Assembly (NCBI GenBank): GCA_038852315.1
Contig: JAWCKF010000001.1
Coordinates: 23,542 to 87,541 of the forward strand
Direction of reading: 5' to 3'
Origin: Thermoplasmata archaeon
GTDB lineage: Archaea > Thermoplasmatota > Thermoplasmata > UBA10834
DNA: 64,000 bases
Shown here: positions 41,266-49,749 of the stretch, piece by piece
Numbering within the stretch: the first letter of the stretch is position 1
Layout of the letters: the number at the start of each line of letters is the position of its first letter
Notes under the pieces: model-generated
Told to the model about the DNA's origin: nothing
What the model saw: the letters and a program-made list of their open reading frames with translations, nothing else
The model's database searches: none
Program-made: the position numbers and the translations under genes

Positions 41266-41751
41266 ATGGCATATAAGACTCGAACCAGGGGTTTCAGAGC
41301 GGACATGGCCGGTGGTATAGAGGGCCTGCCACTTCAGCTGCTGATAATGGTCGTGGTGGCGGGACTCGGTCTGACGATCATAATGGGCTGGATGAACTCG
41401 ATAGAGCCTCCCAAGGCGATCGGCGACGTGTATGTCACACCGTCGGAGATTCTGGTCCACGACAGCGACGGAGACGGCATCTACACGGCTTCTAACATCG
41501 TGGTGTCCGTAACAGTGACAGACCAGGACGGAGACCGGCTTGAAGGTGCCACCGTCGTTCTGGACGGCGCGGGGATAAGGGACGGGAACGGCAAGACGGT
41601 GAGAGGGACAACCAACGACCGCGGCCAGGTCGTCTTCACAGGGCTGACGCTGGAGCACTTCGGTTCGCGCATGGCGACCGTGACGGTGACCGTGGCAAAG
41701 GGCGATTACGGGATAGACTCGAGCTACGAGATACCGGTCATCCCGAGCTGA
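41266..41751 (+). CDS. Archaeal type IV pilin-like protein with Ig-like C-terminal domain
   Basis: Short charged leader, then AG/GIEGLPLQLLIMVVVAGLGLTII (class III signal-like). Confidence 0.6.
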   Translation: MAYKTRTRGFRADMAGGIEGLPLQLLIMVVVAGLGLTIIMGWMNSIEPPKAIGDVYVTPSEILVHDSDGDGIYTASNIVVSVTVTDQDGDRLEGATVVLDGAGIRDGNGKTVRGTTNDRGQVVFTGLTLEHFGSRMATVTVTVAKGDYGIDSSYEIPVIPS

Positions 41752-41757
41752 GCATAC

Positions 41758-42231
41758 ATGGCGCTGAAGGACGACCCTGCTGGCATGGAATCGCTCCCCA
41801 TGAGACTCATGGTGGTGGCGGTCGTCGTCTCGATGTCCGTCGTGCCCGCTGCGGGGGCGCTCGAGGCGTTTCAGCACAGGGAGTTCCTCGTACGCGCGGG
41901 CACCCAGATGGACATGGTCGTGGCCGCTGCTCAAATCCTCGCCGTGGAGGGACCTGGCTCCGCGAGGACGCTCGACGTGGACCTCTCGACCGGAGGCTCC
42001 CTCAGCCTGGTGAGCATCATCATAGGCGACAGGCCCGGCGGTCCCAATGCGTCGTCCGTCGTCCTAAGGTTGTCCGACGGTGCATCACTGGTGAGGTGTG
42101 CCTCCGACCCTCCCGTGACGCTGTCCGGCCCAGCGATGTCCGCGCTCGTGCTGACATGCCCACGCTTCGCGCTACGCCTGTCTGCGCACATCTCGGGCAT
42201 CGATGTCATCGTAATCGCGGAGGTGGTTTGA
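41758..42231 (+). CDS. Archaeal minor pilin-like protein
   Basis: KDDPAG/MESLPMRLMVVAVVVS leader paralleling the upstream gene; GPGSARTL motif. Confidence 0.6.
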   Translation: MALKDDPAGMESLPMRLMVVAVVVSMSVVPAAGALEAFQHREFLVRAGTQMDMVVAAAQILAVEGPGSARTLDVDLSTGGSLSLVSIIIGDRPGGPNASSVVLRLSDGASLVRCASDPPVTLSGPAMSALVLTCPRFALRLSAHISGIDVIVIAEVV

Positions 42232-42699
42232 GCGGACTTCATCATCTCGAAGGTGCTGATGTCCATCTGCGCCCTGATGGTCGCCTCGGTACTCGCCGCC
42301 CTCTACGCGCCCCGTGACCTGAACGGCGCTGCCTCGGAGGTGGCAGCCGCCCTCGATAGATTCGCGGCGATGGCCGATGGCCTTCTCATGACCCGGGCAG
42401 AAAGTTCAGTCTGCTGGCAGGTGCCGTTCACCTCAGGAGGAGGGGTCATCATCATTGAGACAAACGGACGTTTTCTGAGCGCGAGCGACGGAACCACGAG
42501 GTGCATGGCGCAGCCGCACACGCCCATTCGGACCTGGACGCTGGCCGCACCGCACCTGAACCAGTCTGAGATCGCCGAGCTTGACAAGCAGGCGGCCACT
42601 GCCTCATTCTCCTCGGGAGAGTGCGTTGAGTTGTTCACGGTCTTCGCGACGATAGAGGATCGGGAAGAGCTGCTCGTGTTCTGTAGGTTGGGGAGCTAG
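42232..42699 (+). CDS. Third pilin-cluster protein with N-terminal TM (start uncertain: GCG 42232, GTG 42253 or ATG 42259)
   Basis: xDFIISKVLMSICALMVASVL; in frame with and directly after the TGA of the previous gene. Confidence 0.55.
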   Translation, partial: ADFIISKVLMSICALMVASVLAALYAPRDLNGAASEVAAALDRFAAMADGLLMTRAESSVCWQVPFTSGGGVIIIETNGRFLSASDGTTRCMAQPHTPIRTWTLAAPHLNQSEIAELDKQAATASFSSGECVELFTVFATIEDREELLVFCRLGS

Positions 42700-43919
42700 C
42701 GCTCTCGGGAGAACCTCAGTGCCAGATCGGCAACCGCTTCCGAGAAGATGTCCGCCTCCTCAGCCGTGTTGTAGATGTACACGGACGCGCGCGCACATCC
42801 TTCTATCTTGCGGGCGTGGAAGAATGGATGGCAGCAGTGCATGCCTGAGCGCATCATGATGTTCCTCGAATTGTCCATTATCATGGCGACGTCGTGGGGC
42901 GAGAGCCCGTCTATGTTGAAGCTGAATATTCCCGACCGAAGGTTCGGGTCCTCGGGACCGACGATGCTGACGCCTGCCACCGACATGAGCCGTCGTGTTA
43001 TGCGCCTGTTCAGCGCGACCTCGTGCGCCTGTATCTCCTCCAGACCTATTCTTGAAATGTAGTCTATTGCTGCGCCTGTCCCTACGATGCCTGAATAGTT
43101 CTGGAGACCTGTCTCGAACCTCTCGGGCGCCGGCAGCAGATCGTAAGAATCATATGTCGTGTCGGTGACGCCGTGCCCTCCGTACATCATGGGCCTCAGC
43201 CGTTCAGCCAGCTCGGCTCGGCAGTAGAAAAGCCCCACCCCAGATGGGCCGCACATCTTGTGCGCGGACGCGGCGAGGTAGTCGACGCCGAGGGCGCGCA
43301 CATCGATGCGTCTGCTGGGAGCCGCCTGGGCAGCATCGAACAGCACCTTCGCCCCGACTGAGTGTGCCAACTGGACCACTTCCCTCGCAGGCAAGGTGAA
43401 TCCCGTGACGTTCGAAGTGAGGCACATAGCCACGAGCGCGGTCCTCTTGCTCAGGACGCGCTCGAACGCCTCGATGTCGAAGACGCCCTCATGGGAGGAC
43501 CGAACAATCTTGTGCTTCACGCCGAAGAGCTCCACAGCCCTCAGAACGGGCACGTGTATGGAGTTGTGCTCGTAGTCCGTCGTGACTATCTCGTCGCCCT
43601 TCTTGAGGCCGGAGCACAGAATGACCGTATTGCAACCCTCGGTCGTGTTCTTCATGAAGGCTATCTCGTGCGGGCTCTCCGCGTTGAAGAACTCAGCCAC
43701 GCGTGCCCTCACTGCGTCGCACCTCAGCGATACCTCTGTAGCGAGCTTGTGGACGCTCCTGCCAGCGCATGCGGGGAAGGAGTCGTAGTACTCCCTAACT
43801 GCCTCCGTCACCTGGCGCGGCCTGAGCGTCTGGCATGCATTGTCGAAGTATATCGGGGGCTTGCCCTCGATGTCCATCCCAAGGACCGGGAAGTCCGGGC
43901 GGATCTTCTTGGGATCCAT
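42696..43919 (-). CDS. Group II cysteine desulfurase (SufS/CsdA-like)
   Basis: YFDNAC, EHNS, DAAQ, PLP Lys in SAHKMCGP, RSGMHC catalytic motif. Confidence 0.85.
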   Translation of the reverse strand: MDPKKIRPDFPVLGMDIEGKPPIYFDNACQTLRPRQVTEAVREYYDSFPACAGRSVHKLATEVSLRCDAVRARVAEFFNAESPHEIAFMKNTTEGCNTVILCSGLKKGDEIVTTDYEHNSIHVPVLRAVELFGVKHKIVRSSHEGVFDIEAFERVLSKRTALVAMCLTSNVTGFTLPAREVVQLAHSVGAKVLFDAAQAAPSRRIDVRALGVDYLAASAHKMCGPSGVGLFYCRAELAERLRPMMYGGHGVTDTTYDSYDLLPAPERFETGLQNYSGIVGTGAAIDYISRIGLEEIQAHEVALNRRITRRLMSVAGVSIVGPEDPNLRSGIFSFNIDGLSPHDVAMIMDNSRNIMMRSGMHCCHPFFHARKIEGCARASVYIYNTAEEADIFSEAVADLALRFSRER

Positions 43920-44034
43920 AGGTTCAGGCGGGGATTGCACTGGCCGGTATTAGTCGTTTCCTGGTCCGACATCCCTACCGGTCACAACGCTGGAAAACCC
44001 TTAAGATGGTCAGGCCGCATCACCCTCGGTTGTA

Positions 44035-45249
44035 ATGACCAGCAGCACTTCCAGGAGGATATACTTCGACCACAGCGCCACCACGCATGTGCTCCCTGAG
44101 GTGCACGAGGCCATGGTCCCGTACTTCCTCCAGAAGTTCGGCAACCCGTCGAGCATACACGCTTACGGCCGGGAAGCGAAGGAGGGCTTGGAGAAGGCCA
44201 GGGAGCAGGTCGCGGCCCTCATCAACGCCGACCCCAGCGAGATCGTGTTCACATCGGGTGGAACGGAATCCGACAACCTGGCCATCAAGGGCGTGGCGAC
44301 CTACAAGGGCAAGAGCAAGGGCCACATAATAACCACAGCGATTGAACACCATGCAGTCCTCGAGCCCTGCGAGCACCTCAGGCGGCTGGGGTTCGAGGTC
44401 ACCTATGTTCCCGTATCCGCAGAGGGCCTAGTGGACCCTGGAGAGGTCGAACGTGCCATAAGGAACGACACGGTGCTCATATCCGTCATGACTGCGAACA
44501 ACGAGATAGGCACCATCCAGCCAATAAGGGAGATCGGCAATATCGCCTCCGCCAGGGGCATCCCTTTCCACACAGATGCGGTCCAGGCGATAGGGAAGCT
44601 CAAGGTAGACGTGAAGGCCGACCACATAGACCTTCTCTCGCTCTCCGCCCACAAGTTCCATGGCCCCAAAGGCGTGGGAGCCCTGTACGTGAGAAGGGGC
44701 ACGAAGCTCGAGCCCATAATCCACGGAGGAGGACAGGAGAGAGGGCTGCGCTCCTCCACTGTGAACGTGGCGGGCGCGGTCGGACTCGGCAAGGCGGCCG
44801 AGATAGCGAAGCGAGACCTTGAATCCACGAGCAGCAGGATGGCCAAGCTCAGGGACAGGATGATCAGGACTGTTCCAGAGGTCGTACCGAACTCCTACGT
44901 GAACGGCCACCTCACCAGACGGCTTGCTAACAACGCCCACTTCCGGTTCGACTTCATAGAGGGTGAAGGGCTGGTGCTCCAGCTCGATTTCAAGGGCATC
45001 GCGGCGTCCACTGGCTCCGCATGCTCGACTGGCTCGCTCGAGCCGTCCCATGTTCTCCTCGCGCTGGGATTGACACACGAGCAGGCCCACGGCAGCCTCA
45101 GGATCACACTTGGACGGGAAAACACTGAAGAGGAGGTAGACTACTTCCTAGAGGTGCTGCCCGGCGTGGTCTCGAAGCTGAGGGAGATATCCCCCTTCGG
45201 CCCCGGAAGGCCAATGCGGCCGGCAGAAGGTGGAAGCTGTGTACAGTGA
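44035..45249 (+). CDS. iscS: Cysteine desulfurase IscS/NifS
   Basis: YFDHSATT, GNPSS, TSGGTESDN, SAHKFHGPKG, STGSAC. Confidence 0.93.
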   Translation: MTSSTSRRIYFDHSATTHVLPEVHEAMVPYFLQKFGNPSSIHAYGREAKEGLEKAREQVAALINADPSEIVFTSGGTESDNLAIKGVATYKGKSKGHIITTAIEHHAVLEPCEHLRRLGFEVTYVPVSAEGLVDPGEVERAIRNDTVLISVMTANNEIGTIQPIREIGNIASARGIPFHTDAVQAIGKLKVDVKADHIDLLSLSAHKFHGPKGVGALYVRRGTKLEPIIHGGGQERGLRSSTVNVAGAVGLGKAAEIAKRDLESTSSRMAKLRDRMIRTVPEVVPNSYVNGHLTRRLANNAHFRFDFIEGEGLVLQLDFKGIAASTGSACSTGSLEPSHVLLALGLTHEQAHGSLRITLGRENTEEEVDYFLEVLPGVVSKLREISPFGPGRPMRPAEGGSCVQ

Positions 45250-45619
45250 GAAGGTGATGGAGCACTTCGCCAACCCGAGGAACGTCGGGGAGATACCGGA
45301 TGCGGACGGGGTCGGCAAAGTGGGCAACCCGCAGTGCGGAGATGTGATGTGGCTGTACATAAAGGTCAAGGACGGTGTCATCACGGACATCAAGTTCAAG
45401 ACATTCGGTTGCGGGGCGGCGATCGCCACGAGCTCGATGATAACGGAGCTGGCAAAGGGCAAGACTATAGAGGAGGCAAAGAAGATCTCCAGACAGGACG
45501 TGGCCGAGTCGCTTGACGGCCTCCCGCCGCAGAAGATGCACTGCTCTAACCTAGCGGCTGATGCGCTCAGGGAGGCCATAAAGGACTACGAGGCCAAGAT
45601 GGCGGCAAAGAAGGGCTGA
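45230..45619 (+). CDS. iscU: Fe-S cluster scaffold IscU/NifU-N
   Basis: HFANPRNVG, GNPQCGD, FGCGAAIA, LPPQKMHC. Confidence 0.95.
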   Translation: MEAVYSEKVMEHFANPRNVGEIPDADGVGKVGNPQCGDVMWLYIKVKDGVITDIKFKTFGCGAAIATSSMITELAKGKTIEEAKKISRQDVAESLDGLPPQKMHCSNLAADALREAIKDYEAKMAAKKG

Positions 45620-45672
45620 CGCGGACCGGGAAAAGTTCTAGTAGCCGGCCCGGCAATCTCGCCGAGAGCCCG

Positions 45673-46590
45673 ATGGTAGACCTCTCGGTTGAGATATGCG
45701 GCCTGCGCCTCAGGAACCCGACGATGCTCGCATCGGGCGTTCTTGACGAGACCGGGAAGAGCATGGTCGCCGTCGCGAGAAGCGGCGCTGGAGCCGTGGT
45801 GACCAAGTCAATAGGACTCGAATCAAGAGAGGGCCATCCGAATCCCACCGTTGTCGAGCTCGAGCACGGCCTCCTGAACGCCATGGGCCTCCCGAACCCC
45901 GGCATAGAGGTCTTCGCTGAAGAGATCCGCGTGGCAAAGAAAGCCAAGGTGCCGATTGTGGGGAGCGTCTTCGGAGGAACCGCGGAGGAGATTGCGGAGG
46001 TAGCGCGACGGATGGGGCAGGCAGGGGCCGATGCCATCGAGCTGAACCTGAGCTGTCCGCACGCCAAAGGCTTGGGGGCCGAGATAGGTTCGTCGCCGGA
46101 AGGTGTAGAGCTCATCTGCAGGCGTGCGAAGGAGGTCAGCGGCGTGCCTGTCTTCGCGAAGCTGACTCCGAACACGTCGTCCGTAGCAGACCTGGCACTC
46201 GCGGCAGAGCGGGGAGGAGCGGACGGCATAGTCGCTATAAACACGCTCAAGGCGATGTCCATCTCCGCCGAGGCCAGAAGACCTGTGCTGGGGAACTTGG
46301 TAGGTGGATTGTCCGGCCCCGCACTCAAGCCTGTGGGTCTCAGGTGCGTCTATGAGATCTTCGAGGCTGTCAAGATACCGGTCATCGGTGTCGGGGGCGT
46401 CACGACGGGCAGGGACGCGGTCGAGTACATCATGGCGGGTGCGAGGGCTGTGCAGATCGGCACGGCCGTGTGGCTCAGGGGGCCTCAGGTGTTCAAGCTC
46501 GTATGCGATGAATTGAGGGCTCTGATGAAGGAGCTCGGATACGAGTCTGTCTCTGAGATGGTGGGGGTGGCGCACCCTGGCAGGCATTAG
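45673..46590 (+). CDS. pyrD: Dihydroorotate dehydrogenase family 1B catalytic subunit
   Basis: LASG, NAMGLPNPG, ELNLSCPH, KLTPN, GGLSG, IGVGG. Confidence 0.93.
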   Translation: MVDLSVEICGLRLRNPTMLASGVLDETGKSMVAVARSGAGAVVTKSIGLESREGHPNPTVVELEHGLLNAMGLPNPGIEVFAEEIRVAKKAKVPIVGSVFGGTAEEIAEVARRMGQAGADAIELNLSCPHAKGLGAEIGSSPEGVELICRRAKEVSGVPVFAKLTPNTSSVADLALAAERGGADGIVAINTLKAMSISAEARRPVLGNLVGGLSGPALKPVGLRCVYEIFEAVKIPVIGVGGVTTGRDAVEYIMAGARAVQIGTAVWLRGPQVFKLVCDELRALMKELGYESVSEMVGVAHPGRH

Positions 46591-46591
46591 G

Positions 46592-47356
46592 ATGCTGAGG
46601 ATCGTAAGACAGGTGGAGGAGACGCCGTCCATAAGGACCGTGATGCTCGACGCCCCCTCTGCTGCCGTCCCCGGGCAGTTCGTGATGGTCTGGGTTCCAG
46701 AGGTCGACGAGTTTCCCATGTCGGTCTCGTACATCGGCCGCACCATGGGCATCACGTATCAGGTCGTCGGCGACGGCACGAGAGCGTTGGCTGCGATGGA
46801 GCCAGGAGAGTTCGTCGGCCTCAGGGGGCCGTACGGGAGAGGGTTCAGCCTCGTCGGACGAAGAGTGCTCATTGTGGCAGGCGGGACAGGTATGGCTCCC
46901 CTCGCACCGCTCGTGGCTCAGGGCGTGCGCGCCCGCACAAAGGTCGATGTCGTGATAGGGGCTAGATCCGCTGACGAACTTCTGTTCGTCTCGAGAGCTG
47001 CGCGCACAGGCGCGAGCGTTCATGTCGCTACCGATGACGGATCGCGGGGCTTCAGGGGTTTCGCGAGCGAGCTCGCGGGCGAGCTGATCGGGAAGAACCA
47101 CTACGATGCCGTCTACGCCTGCGGTCCAGAGCGGATGATCGTGAGGATGGTCAGGATATGCTCGAGGATGGGCGTTCCCCTCCAGGCCTCGCTCGAGCGC
47201 GTGATGAGATGCGGTATCGGGCTCTGCGACTCCTGTGCAATCGACGGTGTGCACGTATGCCGCGACGGGCCGGTCTTCGGTTTGAGCGAGCTCAGACGGT
47301 TCAAGGATCTCGGCAGGACGAAACTCGACCTGGCAGGTCGAAGGACGCCTGTCTGA
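46592..47356 (+). CDS. pyrK: Dihydroorotate dehydrogenase electron-transfer subunit
   Basis: PGQFVM, RGPYGRGF, AGGTG, ACGPE, MRCGIGLCDSC...C [2Fe-2S] motif. Confidence 0.93.
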   Translation: MLRIVRQVEETPSIRTVMLDAPSAAVPGQFVMVWVPEVDEFPMSVSYIGRTMGITYQVVGDGTRALAAMEPGEFVGLRGPYGRGFSLVGRRVLIVAGGTGMAPLAPLVAQGVRARTKVDVVIGARSADELLFVSRAARTGASVHVATDDGSRGFRGFASELAGELIGKNHYDAVYACGPERMIVRMVRICSRMGVPLQASLERVMRCGIGLCDSCAIDGVHVCRDGPVFGLSELRRFKDLGRTKLDLAGRRTPV

Positions 47357-47549
47357 CCTGGTTGGAGGAGTGCGCCGTTCGTCTGACGATGTCGTCTGCC
47401 GCTCTCATGCGAGGGTCTTGCTGGCCATCCTTCGCCATCGGCGTGTCGGGCGCGCGACTTTCGGTTGCGGACCGGGCATCCCACCAAAAAGTCGTCGTTC
47501 CCAAAACCGATTTGTACCTGGAAAGACCACACGGTACGCGAGGGATACC

Positions 47550-47702
47550 TTGCCAGAAAGGGTTTCGACTTGGAACCAGAAGTACCTTCAGATCGAGACT
47601 TCGTGCCGCACCACGTACCACTGCGTTCCCTGCACGTACCCGAACTGCCAGCGCAACTTGAAGCTGAAGAAGATCGCTCTCAAGTCGTTCGGCAGAGCAT
47701 GA
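47550..47702 (+). CDS. Putative 50-aa Cys-rich basic microprotein
   Basis: GAGGGA SD then TTG; MPERVSTWNQKYLQIETSCRTTYHCVPCTYPNCQRNLKLKKIALKSFGRA. Confidence 0.45.
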   Translation: MPERVSTWNQKYLQIETSCRTTYHCVPCTYPNCQRNLKLKKIALKSFGRA

Positions 47703-47764
47703 TGGGATGGGGGACGCGTTCTGACAGGGGCTCGCCGCGCGGCGAGCCCTCCAAACAGTTTCAG

Positions 47765-48967
47765 TCAACCGCTGTCTTCCTGGGGGGTCCCGTCGGAGCT
47801 CGCCCCGAGTATACGGGCCACGATTTCCCAGAACTCCTTGTCGCTTACTCTCCCGTGATCCTCTCCGGCCCTCTTTATCGCTCGGACTATCTCGCAAACC
47901 TGCTCTTCCGTGGCGAAGACCCTGCGCTCCGCGAGCTTGTTCTCCACCAGAGCCGTGCCGGAGTGCTTTCCAAGGACCAGCCTCCTGCGGTTGCCGACCT
48001 CCTCAGGGTTGACGCACTCGTATGTCATAGGACAGTTCAGGACAGCGGCCACGTGGATGCCGGATTCGTGCGAGAACGCATTCGCACCTATCCAGGGCTG
48101 GTTCGGAGGCACTTGCAGCTTCGCATAGGAGAACACCATCTTGCTGAGCTCTGTCAGCTCCTCCGTGCGCACCCCAAGATCCCTCTTGTAGAGGTGCTTG
48201 AGCGCCATCACGAACTGCTCGAGCGGCACATTCCCGGCCCTCTCCCCTATGCCACCGACCGTAGTCGCCACGGCCTCGACACCCTCAGATAACGCGGATA
48301 TCGAGTTCGCGAGCGCAAGTCCGAAATCGTTGTGAAGATGCGCAGAGAGCGGTGTGCTTGTCGCCTCCCTGACCTTCCTGACCAGATATGATATCGCTCC
48401 CGGGCCCGCGCATCCGAGCGTGTCGGTGATTCCGAGCCTGACGGCCTTCGATTCCTCCGCTGCACGGTAGATTCTCAGGAGGAATCCCATATCGGATCTC
48501 GTCGAATCCTCGGTGCTCAAACTCGCCCTCAGGCCAAGAGCACGCGCGTAGTCCAGGGACGAGATGACGCGGTCGAGGACGTGTTCGCGCGTCATCCTTA
48601 GCTTGTAGTTCATGTGCAGCTCGCTGGTGGCTATGAACAAGAGGACCATGTCCACATCGCAGTGAGCCGCCGCATCTATGTCCGACTGCAGAGTGCGGGC
48701 CAGACAGATGGTCTCCGGGCCGAGCCCGAGCGACGCTATCTTCTTGACCGTGCGGCGCTCTTCGTCCGAGACAGCTGGAAAGCCGGCTTCGATCTGATTA
48801 ACGCCGACCTCAGCTAGCTTGGTGGCGATTGAGACCTTCTGGTCCGGCGTGAACCGCACGCCGGGCATCTGCTCCCCGTCCCTCAAGGTCGTGTCATAGA
48901 TGACTATCTTCTCAGGTAGTCGGGGCATGACTGCCGCGTTGTAGGGGCTCACGGCAGAGAACTTCAT
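47765..48967 (-). CDS. aksA: Homocitrate synthase, AksA-like (DRE-TIM family, no regulatory domain)
   Basis: AVSPYN N-terminus, DTTLRDGEQ, HLHNDFG, GIGERAGN, FSHESGIH, LGKHSG; ~400 aa. Confidence 0.75.
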   Translation of the reverse strand: MKFSAVSPYNAAVMPRLPEKIVIYDTTLRDGEQMPGVRFTPDQKVSIATKLAEVGVNQIEAGFPAVSDEERRTVKKIASLGLGPETICLARTLQSDIDAAAHCDVDMVLLFIATSELHMNYKLRMTREHVLDRVISSLDYARALGLRASLSTEDSTRSDMGFLLRIYRAAEESKAVRLGITDTLGCAGPGAISYLVRKVREATSTPLSAHLHNDFGLALANSISALSEGVEAVATTVGGIGERAGNVPLEQFVMALKHLYKRDLGVRTEELTELSKMVFSYAKLQVPPNQPWIGANAFSHESGIHVAAVLNCPMTYECVNPEEVGNRRRLVLGKHSGTALVENKLAERRVFATEEQVCEIVRAIKRAGEDHGRVSDKEFWEIVARILGASSDGTPQEDSG

Positions 48968-49108
48968 CGACAAGCCATGGATTGGCCGGTATTTATCATG
49001 TTCTCGGAGTGCGCATGGGCTGATATCAGCGAGGATTCCGTGAGAGGGCGAGCCAACTGGAGCGCTGAAAACAATAAATACGGATACGGCCTTGTTTGCA
49101 TCGTCCGT

Positions 49109-49180
49109 GCCGAGGTGACAGAGTGGCTCATGTGGCGGACTGCAGATCCGCAGACGGGAGTTCAATTCTCCCCCTCGGCC
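49109..49180 (+). tRNA. tRNA-Cys(GCA)
   Basis: GCCGAGG/CCTCGGC acceptor, GCGGA-CTGCAGA-TCCGC anticodon arm, GGGAG-TTCAATT-CTCCC T-arm; discriminator reads C. Confidence 0.95.
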
Positions 49181-49239
49181 CGCCCAGATGGATGCTGTTG
49201 TTCTGTAACATTTAAGGTCGAGACCTGGATATCCCGCCC

Positions 49240-49252
49240 ATAACGGCGTTTA
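49240..49252. promoter_or_regulatory. Candidate operator ATAACGGCGTTTA upstream of the HTH regulator
   Basis: Shares 11 consecutive bases with the palindrome upstream of cysK; about 25 nt downstream of a TTTAAG TATA-like box. Confidence 0.55.
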
Positions 49253-49289
49253 GCGACCCCGGCCGTTTCCGAGGAAACCGGTGCATAGC

Positions 49290-49661
49290 ATGAAGACCCC
49301 GTGCGAACTCGTCGTAAGCAAGATAATGCCCTCTCTGCGCGCGAGCGTGGTCAAGGAGCTCTCGAACAGGTACCACATGAAGCAGGCGGACATCGCCAGG
49401 AAACTGGGTATCACCCAGGCCTCCGTTAGCCAGTACCTGAGTTCGACCAGGGCGGCTGGCACGAAGATGGTCGAGAGCTTCCCCAGGTTGAAGTCGTACG
49501 CCAGCGAGATAGCGAAGAGGATTGCTGCTGGCGAGGATAGGTACGAGTGGTCGACCATCCTCTGCAAGGCCTGCAAGGAGATACGCTCGGAGGAGGCGTT
49601 CTGCAGGTTGCACAGAGCCGAGGCGAACCTGGACGAGTGCGACATCTGTAAGAGGGTGTGA
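49290..49661 (+). CDS. Archaeal HTH transcriptional regulator (COG2522-like) with Cys-rich C-terminus
   Basis: MKTPCE, KQADIARKLGITQASVSQYL helix-turn-helix, CKAC..CRLH..CDIC. Confidence 0.85.
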   Translation: MKTPCELVVSKIMPSLRASVVKELSNRYHMKQADIARKLGITQASVSQYLSSTRAAGTKMVESFPRLKSYASEIAKRIAAGEDRYEWSTILCKACKEIRSEEAFCRLHRAEANLDECDICKRV

Positions 49662-49710
49662 GCCCCTTCACCTCCTCGATGCTGCCCAGGAGCTGGACGG
49701 GGGCGATTGT

Positions 49711-49728
49711 CTTATATAACGGCGTTAT
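49711..49728 (+). promoter_or_regulatory. cysK promoter: TATA box overlapped by the palindrome ATAAC-GGC-GTTAT
   Basis: CTTATATA 49711-49718; perfect inverted repeat 49716-49728; SD GGGAGGG follows. Confidence 0.65.
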
Positions 49729-49749
49729 TCTGAGGGAGGGTCTGAGACC

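Noticed and set aside
42229..42231. In-frame TGA as a selenocysteine codon
   Set aside because: Context is not a redox motif, no SECIS-like element recognised, and a strong SD indicates a separate downstream gene
34598..42699. Genomic island integrated at tRNA-Arg or tRNA-Thr
   Set aside because: No integrase, no duplicated tRNA 3' end seen, and no obvious compositional shift
47465..48292. 275-aa plus-strand ORF and other ORFs across the pyrK-aksA gap
   Set aside because: Mostly antisense to aksA with no motifs; only the 50-aa Cys-rich ORF has an SD and a plausible pattern
43941..48993. Shared 11-mer TGGCCGGTATT upstream of the sufS-like and aksA-like genes
   Set aside because: Not palindromic, only two copies, adjacent to TATA-like sequence; chance or core-promoter similarity cannot be excluded
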